Shown: positions 46,497 to 55,729 of the stretch, piece by piece
Layout: every line of letters begins with the position of its first letter
Position numbering within the stretch: position 1 is the first letter of the stretch
Position numbers and translations under genes: made by a program
Notes under the pieces: model-generated
The model's input: only the letters and a program-made list of their open reading frames with translations
Told to the model about the DNA's origin: nothing
Databases searched by the model: none
Assembly: GCA_959604355.1 (NCBI GenBank)
Contig: CAUHAO010000002.1
Location: 27,885 to 91,884, forward strand
Length of the DNA: 64,000 nt
Source: an uncultured Eubacteriales bacterium
GTDB taxonomy: Bacteria; Bacillota; Clostridia; Oscillospirales; UBA644
Reading direction: 5' to 3'

Positions 46497-47182
46497 TGTT
46501 TGCTTTCAAATCCCTGAAAATACGCCGTGTATTGAGGTTTTTGCTGCCGTTTGCCGTCATTCCCGCCGCCGTCATTATCGGAGCGGTGATGCAGACCGGC
46601 AGACGATATGTTTTTGTGTCTCTCTTCGTCGCCGCCTCGGCACTTGTGCTTTTCGCGGCGGGATTTGAGCGCAAAAAAACGGGAACGAGGCGTCTCGTTC
46701 TTGTTGCGGTAATGGTAGCACTTTCCGTCATCGGGCGGTTCATTCCTCTTTTCAAACCCGTCACGGCGCTGTGTATGCTGACGGCGATGTATGTCGGCTC
46801 CGAAGCAGGGTTTCTCGTCGGCGCGATGAGCGCGCTTGTATCGGACTTCTTTTTCGGGCTCGGGCCGTGGACGCCGTTTCAGATGCTTGCGTGGGGGCTT
46901 ATAGGCTTTTTCGCGGGAGTTCTTGCAGATCCGCTTAAGCGGAATAAAATCGTGCTTTTTGTATACGGATTTTTTGCAGGCGTGACGTTCTCTCTCATCA
47001 TGGACGTGTGGACTGTGGTGTGGTACAACGGCACATTAGACATGTCTCTTTACGGCGCGGCGCTCGTCACGTCTTTGCCGTATACGGCGTTATACGCGGT
47101 GTCGAATATGATTTTTCTTTTCTTTCTCGCGAAGCCGTTTGGCGACAAGCTTGCGCGCGTGAAACTCAAATACGGAATATAA
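46496..47182 (+). CDS. ECF transporter substrate-specific (S) component, putative corrinoid-specific
   Basis: 228 aa with 6 predicted TM helices. The ATG overlaps the ATPase TGA by 1 nt. Last gene of the riboswitch-controlled operon, so the specificity is inferred only from context. Confidence 0.6.
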   Translation: MFAFKSLKIRRVLRFLLPFAVIPAAVIIGAVMQTGRRYVFVSLFVAASALVLFAAGFERKKTGTRRLVLVAVMVALSVIGRFIPLFKPVTALCMLTAMYVGSEAGFLVGAMSALVSDFFFGLGPWTPFQMLAWGLIGFFAGVLADPLKRNKIVLFVYGFFAGVTFSLIMDVWTVVWYNGTLDMSLYGAALVTSLPYTALYAVSNMIFLFFLAKPFGDKLARVKLKYGI

Positions 47183-47187
47183 AAATT

Positions 47188-47223
47188 CCCCGTTGACGCG
47201 TTGCCAACGGGGTCGTTTTTTTT
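47188..47223. terminator. bidirectional intrinsic terminator
   Basis: CCCCGTTG/CAACGGGG stem followed by a T8 run, between convergent genes. Confidence 0.7.
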
Positions 47224-47229
47224 GATTTG

Positions 47230-47664
47230 TTAAAGGAATTGGCGTATATTTACGGCAAGCTGCTCTTCGAGATTTATAAGACGTTTCGTGATGTCTTTTG
47301 ACACCTCGTCTGCGGCCTTATACTGGTTCAGATAGCGATTCAGACTTTTTACGCCCATGTTGCAGCCGTCTGTCATTAGGTCTGCTATGGTGGAGTCGGA
47401 CGCGTCCATCGCCATTTTCATGTTCGTTTTCATCCACGACATGCTTTTGGCGACGGGATTCGGATTCTTGCCGTCGTCATTGTATTTGTCGAGAAGAGTC
47501 TGTATCTCACCTCCGAGTTTGTTGTGCTCGTTTTTGCAGTCTGTGAGAAGTTTTTCAAACTCGTCGTTCGTTACGCTGTCAAGTACGTCATCTATCGACG
47601 CCGTGCCCATTTTTACGCCGGAGTCGCATTCGCGGAGCAACTTTATGGTGTCCTGTTCTATCAT
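47230..47664 (-). CDS. hypothetical helical-bundle protein
   Basis: 144 aa from ATG 47664 (AAGGAGG RBS). All-helical heptad-like sequence. Possibly ferritin-like or DUF2383-like, unverified. Confidence 0.4.
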   Translation of the reverse strand: MIEQDTIKLLRECDSGVKMGTASIDDVLDSVTNDEFEKLLTDCKNEHNKLGGEIQTLLDKYNDDGKNPNPVAKSMSWMKTNMKMAMDASDSTIADLMTDGCNMGVKSLNRYLNQYKAADEVSKDITKRLINLEEQLAVNIRQFL

Positions 47665-47708
47665 CGGAAAATACCTCCTTTTTAAGAACAAGTATATCCA
47701 TAAAAGCG

Positions 47709-48902
47709 CTATTTATTATTTTTCAGTTTTTTTGCCGCCTCTTCGCGTTCTTTGCACACGTCTGCCCAGCTCGGCATTTTTTTGAGTGTCTGCGTAAGGT
47801 TACGCAGAGCCGAGGGAATATCTATGGACTGCGGGCATATCTGAGCACAAGCGCCGCATCCGATGCACGCTTCGGGACGTTTGTCTTCAGGCATGGAATC
47901 TATCTGCATGCCTACGGTGAATCCCGCGGGTGCAAAACGCAGGTCGTTATACGCGCTTATGAGAAGCGGGATGTCAAGCCCCATCGGACACCCGTCGCAG
48001 CAATAGCGGCAACCCGTGCAGGGCAGGGAATTCTTCAGGCCTTCCGCAATGCCGCAGATGAGTTGGTTTTCTTCGTCCGAAAGAGGCTTTTGTTCGGAGA
48101 ATGTTCTGACGTTGTCTTCGACCTGTTCAAGCGTTGACATACCGCTTAAGATCGTTTTTACATTTGGTATACCCTGCAGCCAGCGGAATGCCCATGCCGC
48201 GACGGATTCGTCGGGACGCGCGGCTTTCAGCTTGCTTTCGGCGGTTTCGGGCAGCTGCGCGAGTTTGCCGCCGCGGACAGGTTCCATTACCCAAACGGGA
48301 ATACCGTATTCTGCGAGAATTCTGCATTTTTCCTCCGCGTTCTGCAAGGAGAAATCCATGTAGTTGAGCTGTATCTGGCAGAACTCCATGTGTTCACCGT
48401 ACATATCGAGAAATTTGCGCAGAAAGTCGGGCCTGCCGTGTGACGAAAAACCGAGATGGCGTATTTTTCCTTCGCGTTTTTGTTCGACAAAGTAGTTTAT
48501 TATGTTCCATTTTGGGTCATTATATGTATCAAAAGAGTTTTCGCAGACGTTATGCAGCAGATAGAAGTCAAAATATTCCATGCCGCATTTTTCGAGCTGG
48601 TCGGCAAACGTCGCCGCCGGGTCGTATTCTGATGCTTGCTGATGTCCCGGATATTTTGTTGCGAAATAATAGCTGTCACGCGGATATTTATTAAGTATTC
48701 TGCCCATCACGACCTCCGATACTCCCGCATGATACGGACGGGCCGTGTCAAAATAGTTTACCCCGTGCTTTATTGCGTAATCGACCATTTCTGAGACTTT
48801 TTCTTCGTCTACATTCGTCGTGACTCCGTCGCGCGTCGGAAGCCTCATAGCTCCGAACCCGAGCATAGAGAGCCGCTCATTCTGAAATTCGGTATAAATC
48901 AT
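47709..48902 (-). CDS. aldo/keto reductase with C-terminal 4Fe-4S ferredoxin-type domain
   Basis: 'LGFGAMRLP', 'NYFDTARPYH'. C-terminal 'CTGCRYCCDGCP' and 'CIGCGACAQICP'. ATG 48902 was chosen because the longer ORF would run through the divergent gtrA promoter. Confidence 0.75.
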   Translation of the reverse strand: MIYTEFQNERLSMLGFGAMRLPTRDGVTTNVDEEKVSEMVDYAIKHGVNYFDTARPYHAGVSEVVMGRILNKYPRDSYYFATKYPGHQQASEYDPAATFADQLEKCGMEYFDFYLLHNVCENSFDTYNDPKWNIINYFVEQKREGKIRHLGFSSHGRPDFLRKFLDMYGEHMEFCQIQLNYMDFSLQNAEEKCRILAEYGIPVWVMEPVRGGKLAQLPETAESKLKAARPDESVAAWAFRWLQGIPNVKTILSGMSTLEQVEDNVRTFSEQKPLSDEENQLICGIAEGLKNSLPCTGCRYCCDGCPMGLDIPLLISAYNDLRFAPAGFTVGMQIDSMPEDKRPEACIGCGACAQICPQSIDIPSALRNLTQTLKKMPSWADVCKEREEAAKKLKNNK

Positions 48903-48976
48903 TCCAAATACCTTCCCGTTGGTTATGTTGATATTATAATAGCATATTTTAAGAAAAATTTCAAGTCTTTCCCGTC

Positions 48977-49005
48977 TTGACAAAACAAAACTTCGGCGGT
49001 ATACT
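48977..49005 (+). promoter_or_regulatory. sigma-A-type promoter candidate
   Basis: TTGACA-17 nt-TATACT upstream of the GtrA-family gene. Confidence 0.4.
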
Positions 49006-49033
49006 TTATCTATACTGATAGAAAGGAATTGTT

Positions 49034-49537
49034 ATGGGGTTCATAAAATCTTTTTCGGAGCGTTTCAGACAGAAGCATCCGACATTCTGGCAGTTTGCGG
49101 TATTCCTTTTCATGGGTGCGTTCACGGGCATAGTAGACCTTGTTACGTTCGCTCTTTGCAACTATTGGATATTCCGCGCGTACGCGGCGCAGCCGTTCAG
49201 CTGGTGGGTGTTCGATTACGGTGTTGAAAACGGAGGGCTTTGTGCGTTTCTCGCGTTCGCGGTGTCGTTTGCGGTGTCGCAAACGTTCAATTTCTTCATT
49301 CAGCGCAAGGCGACATTCAAAGCTACGAATAACGCCGTCGTCAGCGGCATAATGTATGCGGTTATGGTCGTGGGAGTTTATCTTGTCGTACTCTGGATGC
49401 CGGCAATTGTCGGTGCACCTGTATATGCGTTATTCGGCAATGCTGTCGGTGCGATAGTCCTCAAGCTGTTTTCACAGACCGTTTCGGCGCTCATACAGTT
49501 TCCGATAAACAAATGGGTAATAATGCGCGGGAAGTAA
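49034..49537 (+). CDS. GtrA-family membrane protein
   Basis: 167 aa with 4 TM helices; 'FAVFLFMGAFTGIVDLVTFAL', 'FFIQRKATFK'. Confidence 0.7.
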   Translation: MGFIKSFSERFRQKHPTFWQFAVFLFMGAFTGIVDLVTFALCNYWIFRAYAAQPFSWWVFDYGVENGGLCAFLAFAVSFAVSQTFNFFIQRKATFKATNNAVVSGIMYAVMVVGVYLVVLWMPAIVGAPVYALFGNAVGAIVLKLFSQTVSALIQFPINKWVIMRGK

Positions 49538-49626
49538 AATATTGTTTTTGGTGTCGAAAAAATCAAACTTAAACGACACTTTATCGACACTTTATCAAAA
49601 CTTTATTAAAATTTCGCGCGTGGTTA

Positions 49627-49655
49627 TTGACAGGCGTATTATTATATGATATAAT
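49627..49655 (+). promoter_or_regulatory. sigma-A-type promoter candidate for hydCBA
   Basis: TTGACA-17 nt-TATAAT (perfect consensus), 58 nt upstream of the ATG. Confidence 0.55.
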
Positions 49656-49712
49656 TTACGGCTGGAAACCTTTCTGATTCTTAATAAAAATTAAATATAC
49701 GGAGGACCTTTT

Positions 49713-50201
49713 ATGGCACATTTAAGCGATGCGGCTGTCGTGAAGATCAATGAAATATGCGACAGATACATCAACGAAACAACGCCGCTCATGATGATCC
49801 TGAGTGACATTCAAAAGGAATACGGCTATATTCCGCTTGAAGTACAGGAACTCGTTTCAGCAAGAACGGGCATTTCCGTTGCCGAGATTTACGGCGTCGT
49901 TACTTTCTATTCCTTCTTCTCTCTCAAACCGAAGGGAAAGTACATAATCGGTTGCTGCCTCGGTACGGCTTGCTATGTCAAGGGTGCGCAGCAGGTAATC
50001 GATAAATTTTCCGATATCCTCGGAATCAAACCCGGCGAGACCACGGCTGACGGACTTTTCACCATCGACGCCCTGCGTTGCATCGGTGCCTGCGGCATAG
50101 CTCCCGCTGTTACGATAAACGGAAAAGTTTATCCCAAGATGACCGTTGACAAGGTCCAGAGTGTTGTCAACGAGTACAAAGCATTGGAGGGAAACAAGTA
50201 A
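49713..50201 (+). CDS. hydC: [FeFe]-hydrogenase NuoE-like 2Fe-2S subunit
   Basis: Thioredoxin-like 2Fe-2S motif 'CLGTACYVKG...CIGACGIAP'. Confidence 0.85.
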   Translation: MAHLSDAAVVKINEICDRYINETTPLMMILSDIQKEYGYIPLEVQELVSARTGISVAEIYGVVTFYSFFSLKPKGKYIIGCCLGTACYVKGAQQVIDKFSDILGIKPGETTADGLFTIDALRCIGACGIAPAVTINGKVYPKMTVDKVQSVVNEYKALEGNK

Positions 50202-52084
50202 TGATAAAGACTTTTGAAGAACTCGAACACAAATGTTCCGAATGTGCCTCCTGCCTCGATGCGAAATTTACCGGGGCTGACGGTAAGAGACATATCGTTC
50301 TTTGCGGCGGTACAGGTTGTCTTTCTTCTCATTCTGATGAAATAAGATCTGAATTCGAGAAACTTATTGCCAAAAAAGGTCTTCAGGATAAAGTGACCGT
50401 CAATCAGGTCGGCTGCTTCGGTTTCTGCTCTCAAGGTCCTTTTGTCAAGATATTCCCTGAAGACACTCTTTACAGAATGGTCAAAATCGAAGACGTTGAG
50501 GAGATAATCGAAAAAGATATCAAAAACGGTGAAGTCGTAGACAGACTGCTTTATGTTGACCCCAGAACTCAGGAAAAGGTCACAAAACAGGAAGATATCG
50601 AATTTTACAAGAAACAGGTCCGTATAGCACTTCACGGCTGCGGCAGCCTTGACCCCGAAGATATCAATGAAAGCATCGGCTCCGGATCTTTCAAAGGCCT
50701 CGCAAGAGCGCTGAGAATGAACCGTGAAGATGTTATCAAGGAAGTTCTCGACTCCGGTCTGCGCGGCAGAGGCGGCGGCGGCTTCCCGACAGGCAGAAAG
50801 TGGCAGTTTGCTTATGCTCAGCCTGCAGGTGAGAAATTCGTAGTCTGCAACGGCGATGAAGGCGACCCGGGTGCATTCATGGACAGATCCATTCTTGAAG
50901 GCAACCCGCTTGCAGTTATCGAAGGTATGATGATTGCCGGTTACGCTATCGGCGCTCAGAACGGTTATTTCTATGTCCGTGCAGAATATCCCATAGCAGT
51001 CAACAGACTTAAGATAGCTATCGCTCAGGCTGAGGAGCTCGGTCTTCTCGGCGATAACATCCTCGGCACAGACTTCTCCTTCAGAGTGCATATCAGACTC
51101 GGTGCGGGCGCCTTCGTCTGCGGCGAAGAGACAGCTCTGCTCAACTCCATTGAGGGTCAGCGCGGTATGCCCCGTCCCCGTCCTCCGTTCCCGGCAGTCA
51201 AGGGCTTGTGGCAGCATCCCACAATAGTCAACAACGTCGAAACTCTCGCTTGCGTTCCCTATATTCTAAGAGAAGGCTACGAAAAATTCGCTAAATTCGG
51301 TACCGAGAAATCCAAGGGTACGAAAGTTTTCGCACTCGGCGGTAAGATCAGCAACGTCGGTCTTGTTGAGGTTCCGATGGGCACGACCCTTCGTGAACTC
51401 ATTTACGATATCGGCGGCGGTATTCCGGGCGGCAAGAAATTCAAAGCTATCCAGACCGGCGGTCCTTCCGGCGGATGCCTGACAGAGGCAGACCTCGACA
51501 CGCCTATCGACTTTGACAGCCTCGTTGCCAAAGGCTCGATGATGGGCTCCGGCGGCGCTATCGTCATGGACGAGGACAACTGTATGGTTGACGTTGCTAA
51601 ATTCTATATGGAATTTATCTGTGACGAATCCTGCGGTAAGTGCACCCCCTGCCGCATCGGTACAAAGAGAATGCTCGAACTTCTCACAAAAATCACCGAT
51701 GGAAAGGCTACCATGGACGACCTCGCGGCTCTCGAGGAACTTGCTGCAAACATCAGAAGCAACTCCCTGTGCGCTCTCGGTCAGACTGCTCCTAACCCGA
51801 TCCTTTCAACCCTTGCTCATTTCAGAGACGAGTACATAGCTCATATCGTAGACAAGAAGTGTCCCGCTCATGTCTGCAAGAACCTGATGCAGTACGATAT
51901 AGACAAAGATAAGTGCATCGGCTGCGGTCTGTGCGAGAGACAGTGCCCCGTAAACGCAATCTCGAAGACCGATTATGTTGCGGAAGGTCACAAGCTCCCG
52001 TCCAGAGAGATTGATTCCGCGAAGTGCATCAAGTGCGGTATGTGCATGGCGTCTTGTAAGTTCAAGGCAATTTCCAAGAAATAA
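50201..52084 (+). CDS. hydB: [FeFe]-hydrogenase NuoF-like flavoprotein subunit
   Basis: 'GLRGRGGGGFPTGRKW' FMN/NADH site, 'ESCGKCTPCR' N3 cluster, and C-terminal 2x 'CxxCxxCxxxCP'. TAATG overlap with hydC. Confidence 0.9.
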   Translation: MIKTFEELEHKCSECASCLDAKFTGADGKRHIVLCGGTGCLSSHSDEIRSEFEKLIAKKGLQDKVTVNQVGCFGFCSQGPFVKIFPEDTLYRMVKIEDVEEIIEKDIKNGEVVDRLLYVDPRTQEKVTKQEDIEFYKKQVRIALHGCGSLDPEDINESIGSGSFKGLARALRMNREDVIKEVLDSGLRGRGGGGFPTGRKWQFAYAQPAGEKFVVCNGDEGDPGAFMDRSILEGNPLAVIEGMMIAGYAIGAQNGYFYVRAEYPIAVNRLKIAIAQAEELGLLGDNILGTDFSFRVHIRLGAGAFVCGEETALLNSIEGQRGMPRPRPPFPAVKGLWQHPTIVNNVETLACVPYILREGYEKFAKFGTEKSKGTKVFALGGKISNVGLVEVPMGTTLRELIYDIGGGIPGGKKFKAIQTGGPSGGCLTEADLDTPIDFDSLVAKGSMMGSGGAIVMDEDNCMVDVAKFYMEFICDESCGKCTPCRIGTKRMLELLTKITDGKATMDDLAALEELAANIRSNSLCALGQTAPNPILSTLAHFRDEYIAHIVDKKCPAHVCKNLMQYDIDKDKCIGCGLCERQCPVNAISKTDYVAEGHKLPSREIDSAKCIKCGMCMASCKFKAISKK

Positions 52085-52099
52085 GCGGAGGAACAACAA

Positions 52100-53866
52100 A
52101 TGGATAAAGTAAATATTAAAATAGAAGGCATCCCGTTCCAGGTAGATGCCGGAATGACGATCCTTGAAGCCGCAAAGAGCTGCGGATTTGAAATTCCCTC
52201 CCTCTGCGCTTACAACCACGGTGAATGCTCGAGAGGTTCCTGCCGTGTATGCCTCGTTGAAGCTACCGGCGCAAGAGGTCTCGTCGCATCCTGCGTATAT
52301 CCCGTAGCTGAAGGCATGGAAATCACCATTTCCTCTCCCAAGGCTACTGCTGCAAGAAGAACTTCCGTTGAACTGCTGCTTTCCAATCACAACATGAACT
52401 GCCAGCAGTGCGAAAAGAACGGCAACTGCGAACTTCTTCATGTTGCTCAGATTACCGGCGCAAGAGAGAATATGTATATAGGAGAAAAGACTCCCACCAC
52501 GATAGATCAGCTCACGCCTTCCATAAAAAGAGATACATCCAAATGTATTCTCTGCGGCAGATGTGTTGAGAGATGCAAAAATTCTCACGGACTCGGCGTT
52601 CTCGGTTTCGAGAAGAGAGGCTTCAAAACCATTGTCGCTCCTGCCGAGAACAGAAGTTTTTCGAATTCTCCCTGTCTTCTCTGCGGTCAGTGCGTAAGCG
52701 TTTGCCCGACAGGCGCGCTTATGGAAGTTTCCGAAATAGACAAGGTTGACGCTGCAATGAAGGCCGGCAAGTATGTCGTTGTACAGACTGCTCCCGCTGT
52801 CAGAGCCGCTCTCGGCGAAGAATTCGGTATGCCTATCGGCACTCTCGTTACCGGTAAGATGGTTGCCGCTCTCCGTCGCCTCGGATTCAAGAAGGTATTC
52901 GACACCAACTTCGGTGCAGACCTGACCATCATGGAAGAAGCTTCCGAACTCCTCAACAGAATGAAGAACGGCGGCACTCTGCCGATGATCACTTCCTGCT
53001 CTCCCGGCTGGATCAACTATTGCGAATATTACTACGGAGACCTTATCGACAATCTTTCATCCTGCAAATCTCCCCACGAAATGTTCGGCGCTATCCTCAA
53101 GAGCTACTATTGCGAAAAGAACGGCATTGATCCGAAAGACATGTTCGTCGTTTCCATCATGCCCTGCACCGCAAAGAAAGCTGAAAAAGAGCGTGAACAG
53201 CTCGCTAAAGACGGCATAAAAGACGTTGACGCTGTACTCACCACGAGAGAACTCGGTAAACTCATAAAGAGAACCGGTATCCGTTTCGACAAACTGCCCG
53301 AAGAAGAATTCGACAACGATATCGTCGGCGATTACAGCGGCGCAGGAGTTATATTCGGTGTAACCGGCGGCGTTATGGAAGCAGCTCTCCGTACCGCTAT
53401 CTTCACCGTTACCGGCAAGGAGGCTCAGCCCGTTGAACTCAAGGAAGTACGCGGCTTTGAAGGCATCAAAGAGGCTGCATATGACCTCAACGGAACGAAA
53501 GTCAAGATCGCTGTTGCGTCCGGCATGAAGAACGCGAAAGTCCTCCTTGACCAGATACGCGAGGGCAAGAGCGAGTATCAGTTCATTGAAATCATGTGCT
53601 GCCCCGGCGGATGTATTGCAGGCGGAGGCCAGCCCTACGTTAAGCCCGTATTCCTTCCCAACGAAGGCGACGATATCCTCGACACCTTCAAGGCGAAGAG
53701 AGCTGCTGCCCTTTACACGGAAGATGAAATGCGTCCCGAAAGACAGTCTCACAACAATCCTCAGATCGTAAAACTGTATAAGGAATACCTCGGCGAGCCC
53801 AACTCCCATAAGGCTCACGAACTCCTCCATACGACTTACGCTGCAAAAGAGAGATTCAAAGACTAA
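52100..53866 (+). CDS. hydA: [FeFe]-hydrogenase catalytic subunit (multimeric, bifurcating-type architecture)
   Basis: N-terminal 2Fe-2S and 4Fe-4S ferredoxin domains. H-cluster motifs 'TSCSPGW', 'MPCTAKK', 'EIMCCPGGCIAGGGQP'. Confidence 0.9.
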   Translation: MDKVNIKIEGIPFQVDAGMTILEAAKSCGFEIPSLCAYNHGECSRGSCRVCLVEATGARGLVASCVYPVAEGMEITISSPKATAARRTSVELLLSNHNMNCQQCEKNGNCELLHVAQITGARENMYIGEKTPTTIDQLTPSIKRDTSKCILCGRCVERCKNSHGLGVLGFEKRGFKTIVAPAENRSFSNSPCLLCGQCVSVCPTGALMEVSEIDKVDAAMKAGKYVVVQTAPAVRAALGEEFGMPIGTLVTGKMVAALRRLGFKKVFDTNFGADLTIMEEASELLNRMKNGGTLPMITSCSPGWINYCEYYYGDLIDNLSSCKSPHEMFGAILKSYYCEKNGIDPKDMFVVSIMPCTAKKAEKEREQLAKDGIKDVDAVLTTRELGKLIKRTGIRFDKLPEEEFDNDIVGDYSGAGVIFGVTGGVMEAALRTAIFTVTGKEAQPVELKEVRGFEGIKEAAYDLNGTKVKIAVASGMKNAKVLLDQIREGKSEYQFIEIMCCPGGCIAGGGQPYVKPVFLPNEGDDILDTFKAKRAAALYTEDEMRPERQSHNNPQIVKLYKEYLGEPNSHKAHELLHTTYAAKERFKD

Positions 53867-53888
53867 GCTCTTCCTAATTGAAACATTT

Positions 53889-53920
53889 AAGCCCTGCGGA
53901 AATATCCGCAGGGCTTTTTG
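53889..53920 (+). terminator. intrinsic terminator after hydA
   Basis: 12-bp stem AAGCCCTGCGGA/TCCGCAGGGCTT plus a T run. Confidence 0.8.
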
Positions 53921-53955
53921 TCGTGTTTTTATCTGAGTATAACGCCTCAGGAAAG

Positions 53956-54270
53956 TCAATCCGCGTCCTCATCCAGAGCTTCAATAAGGAAGCTTACGGG
54001 GCGGAATCCGTCGTTACAGGATATCATTGCCGATGTCGGGTTTTTCATCCATCCGTCGTAAAAGTTGCTTCCGCCGTGTGCGAGAGTCATAACAAACGGG
54101 GACATGCTTTCCCATGCGCTGTCACACATTTTTTCGGGTTTACGCCATCCGTTTGCGATGAAAACCTGCCCCTCGTGCATATCGCACGCGTGCTGTATCG
54201 GGTTCTCATATTTCTCTATAAGGTCATCATATCGGGCAGTTTTTATTACGGTTATTCTGCATTTTTTCAT
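53956..54270 (-). CDS. small conserved hypothetical protein (TIGR04076-like)
   Basis: 104 aa; 'CRITVIK', 'CDMHEGQVF', 'KMCDSAW'. The family assignment is from memory. Confidence 0.45.
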   Translation of the reverse strand: MKKCRITVIKTARYDDLIEKYENPIQHACDMHEGQVFIANGWRKPEKMCDSAWESMSPFVMTLAHGGSNFYDGWMKNPTSAMISCNDGFRPVSFLIEALDEDAD

Positions 54271-54674
54271 TCTCCGGCACCTTTCCTGATTTTGATTTGC
54301 TTCAGTATTTCCTCATCAGCGGGGCAGAATTTGTAGTTGTCCATTTCCGCAACGGTTATCCACCGGATATCATAGTGTTCGAGCTTTTGAGGCTCACCGT
54401 TCGCGATTCTTGCGTTGAAAAGTGTCAGGTGAACCTTCAGATCGGGGTAGTCGTGAACGACGTCCGTAAAAATATCGTCCACGGCAACTTCCACCGCGAG
54501 CTCTTCCCGGCATTCCCGTATCAGCGCATCCGGTTTTGTTTCTCCCGGCTCGACTTTTCCGCCGACAAATTCCCATAATAAACCGCGCGTTTTATGCGCA
54601 GGCCTGCGGCATATCATAAATCTGTCGCCGCTCCAAATCAACGCCGCTACAACCTCCGTGATTTCTCTCTCCAT
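54267..54674 (-). CDS. NUDIX hydrolase (MutT-like)
   Basis: Nudix box 'GGKVEPGETKPDALIRECREELAV'. ATGA overlap with the downstream gene. Confidence 0.85.
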   Translation of the reverse strand: MEREITEVVAALIWSGDRFMICRRPAHKTRGLLWEFVGGKVEPGETKPDALIRECREELAVEVAVDDIFTDVVHDYPDLKVHLTLFNARIANGEPQKLEHYDIRWITVAEMDNYKFCPADEEILKQIKIRKGAGE

Positions 54675-54805
54675 GTCGGGATCTCCCGCTTTCAGACTTT
54701 TGTTTGATTATAGCACACCATATCGTCTTTGTCAATACAGCCTGCATGCTCTTTGACCTAAAAAAATCCCATCGCATAGTATGATATAAAGAATAAAACA
54801 AAGGG

Positions 54806-55369
54806 TTGGGCAAAGTGGATTTATTTTCGGTCGTATTGCTCGGAATAGCAACAAATATAGATAATCTTATTATAGGAGCTTCATTCGGGGTGCGCAAAAA
54901 GAATATTCCGCCTCTGAAAAATCTGTTTATCGCGGTCGTTTCGGGTGTTGCGGCGTTTGCGGCGTGCCTGTTTGCCGGATTATGCGGTTTTCTCGGCCCT
55001 GCGGCAGATATGATAGGCGGAATCTTGCTCATATTTATCGGTGTATGGTCGCTTGTGTCGGAAATCATCAAATCACGGGACGGAAAAGGGGAGAGCTGTG
55101 CGCTTTGCGACGTGCTCTCTTTTCGCGAAACAGCAGCTCTTTCCGCAGCTTTGGCCGCCAACAGTATCCCTCCGTCTTTCGGCGCGGGAATGACGGGAAT
55201 ATCTCCTTTTTTCGCAGCGGGATCCGTCGCTTTTTTCAGTTTCTTTTTTGTCGCTGTCGGTGTTTTTGTTGGAAAACGCGCTCATAAAGTTATTAATTCC
55301 GGCTCGCTTGGGATTATTTCTTCACTTTTTCTGATCGCTCTGGGAATATTCGAATCGGCGGCAAAATAG
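54806..55369 (+). CDS. YtaF/MntP-family membrane protein (sporulation protein YtaF-like)
   Basis: 'LLGIATNIDNLIIGASFG'; 187 aa with 6 TM helices. TTG or GTG start is uncertain. Confidence 0.6.
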   Translation: MGKVDLFSVVLLGIATNIDNLIIGASFGVRKKNIPPLKNLFIAVVSGVAAFAACLFAGLCGFLGPAADMIGGILLIFIGVWSLVSEIIKSRDGKGESCALCDVLSFRETAALSAALAANSIPPSFGAGMTGISPFFAAGSVAFFSFFFVAVGVFVGKRAHKVINSGSLGIISSLFLIALGIFESAAK

Positions 55370-55729
55370 AGAATAAAACGAGGCGGGAAGCAGAAAAACA
55401 GCGGAATATTCAACATCGCAGATACAGTGTTGAATTATGCACGATTTATAGAAAACTGCAAGCCTAAAGATGTCTTATTTTATTTAAATAAGAATGATTG
55501 TAGAAAATTGTGTGAAATGTATTGACAATTTAATATTTGTGTATTGAGAAAGAAAGTCCCGGATTGTCCCGAAGTTTATGAGATCTTTAAAGAACTTGAT
55601 GAGGGAAAACATGCATTTCACCTGAAAAATCAGAATAATCAGCCCTCGACCGAGCAGATACAGGTCGAGCTTGCCCGTGAAAGATAAAGGTTTCGATGCC
55701 GGAAGATCCTTAGCGGCACCATTTACGCG

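Noticed and set aside
49538-49712. Rex (redox repressor) box in the hydrogenase leader.
   Set aside because: No TTGTGAAnnnnTTCACAA-like inverted repeat was found. The tandem 11-bp direct repeats are reported separately as an unexplained element.
50129-53959. 362-aa, 260-aa and 300-aa ORFs antisense to hydB and hydA.
   Set aside because: Shadow frames of strongly conserved Fe-S/H-cluster genes.
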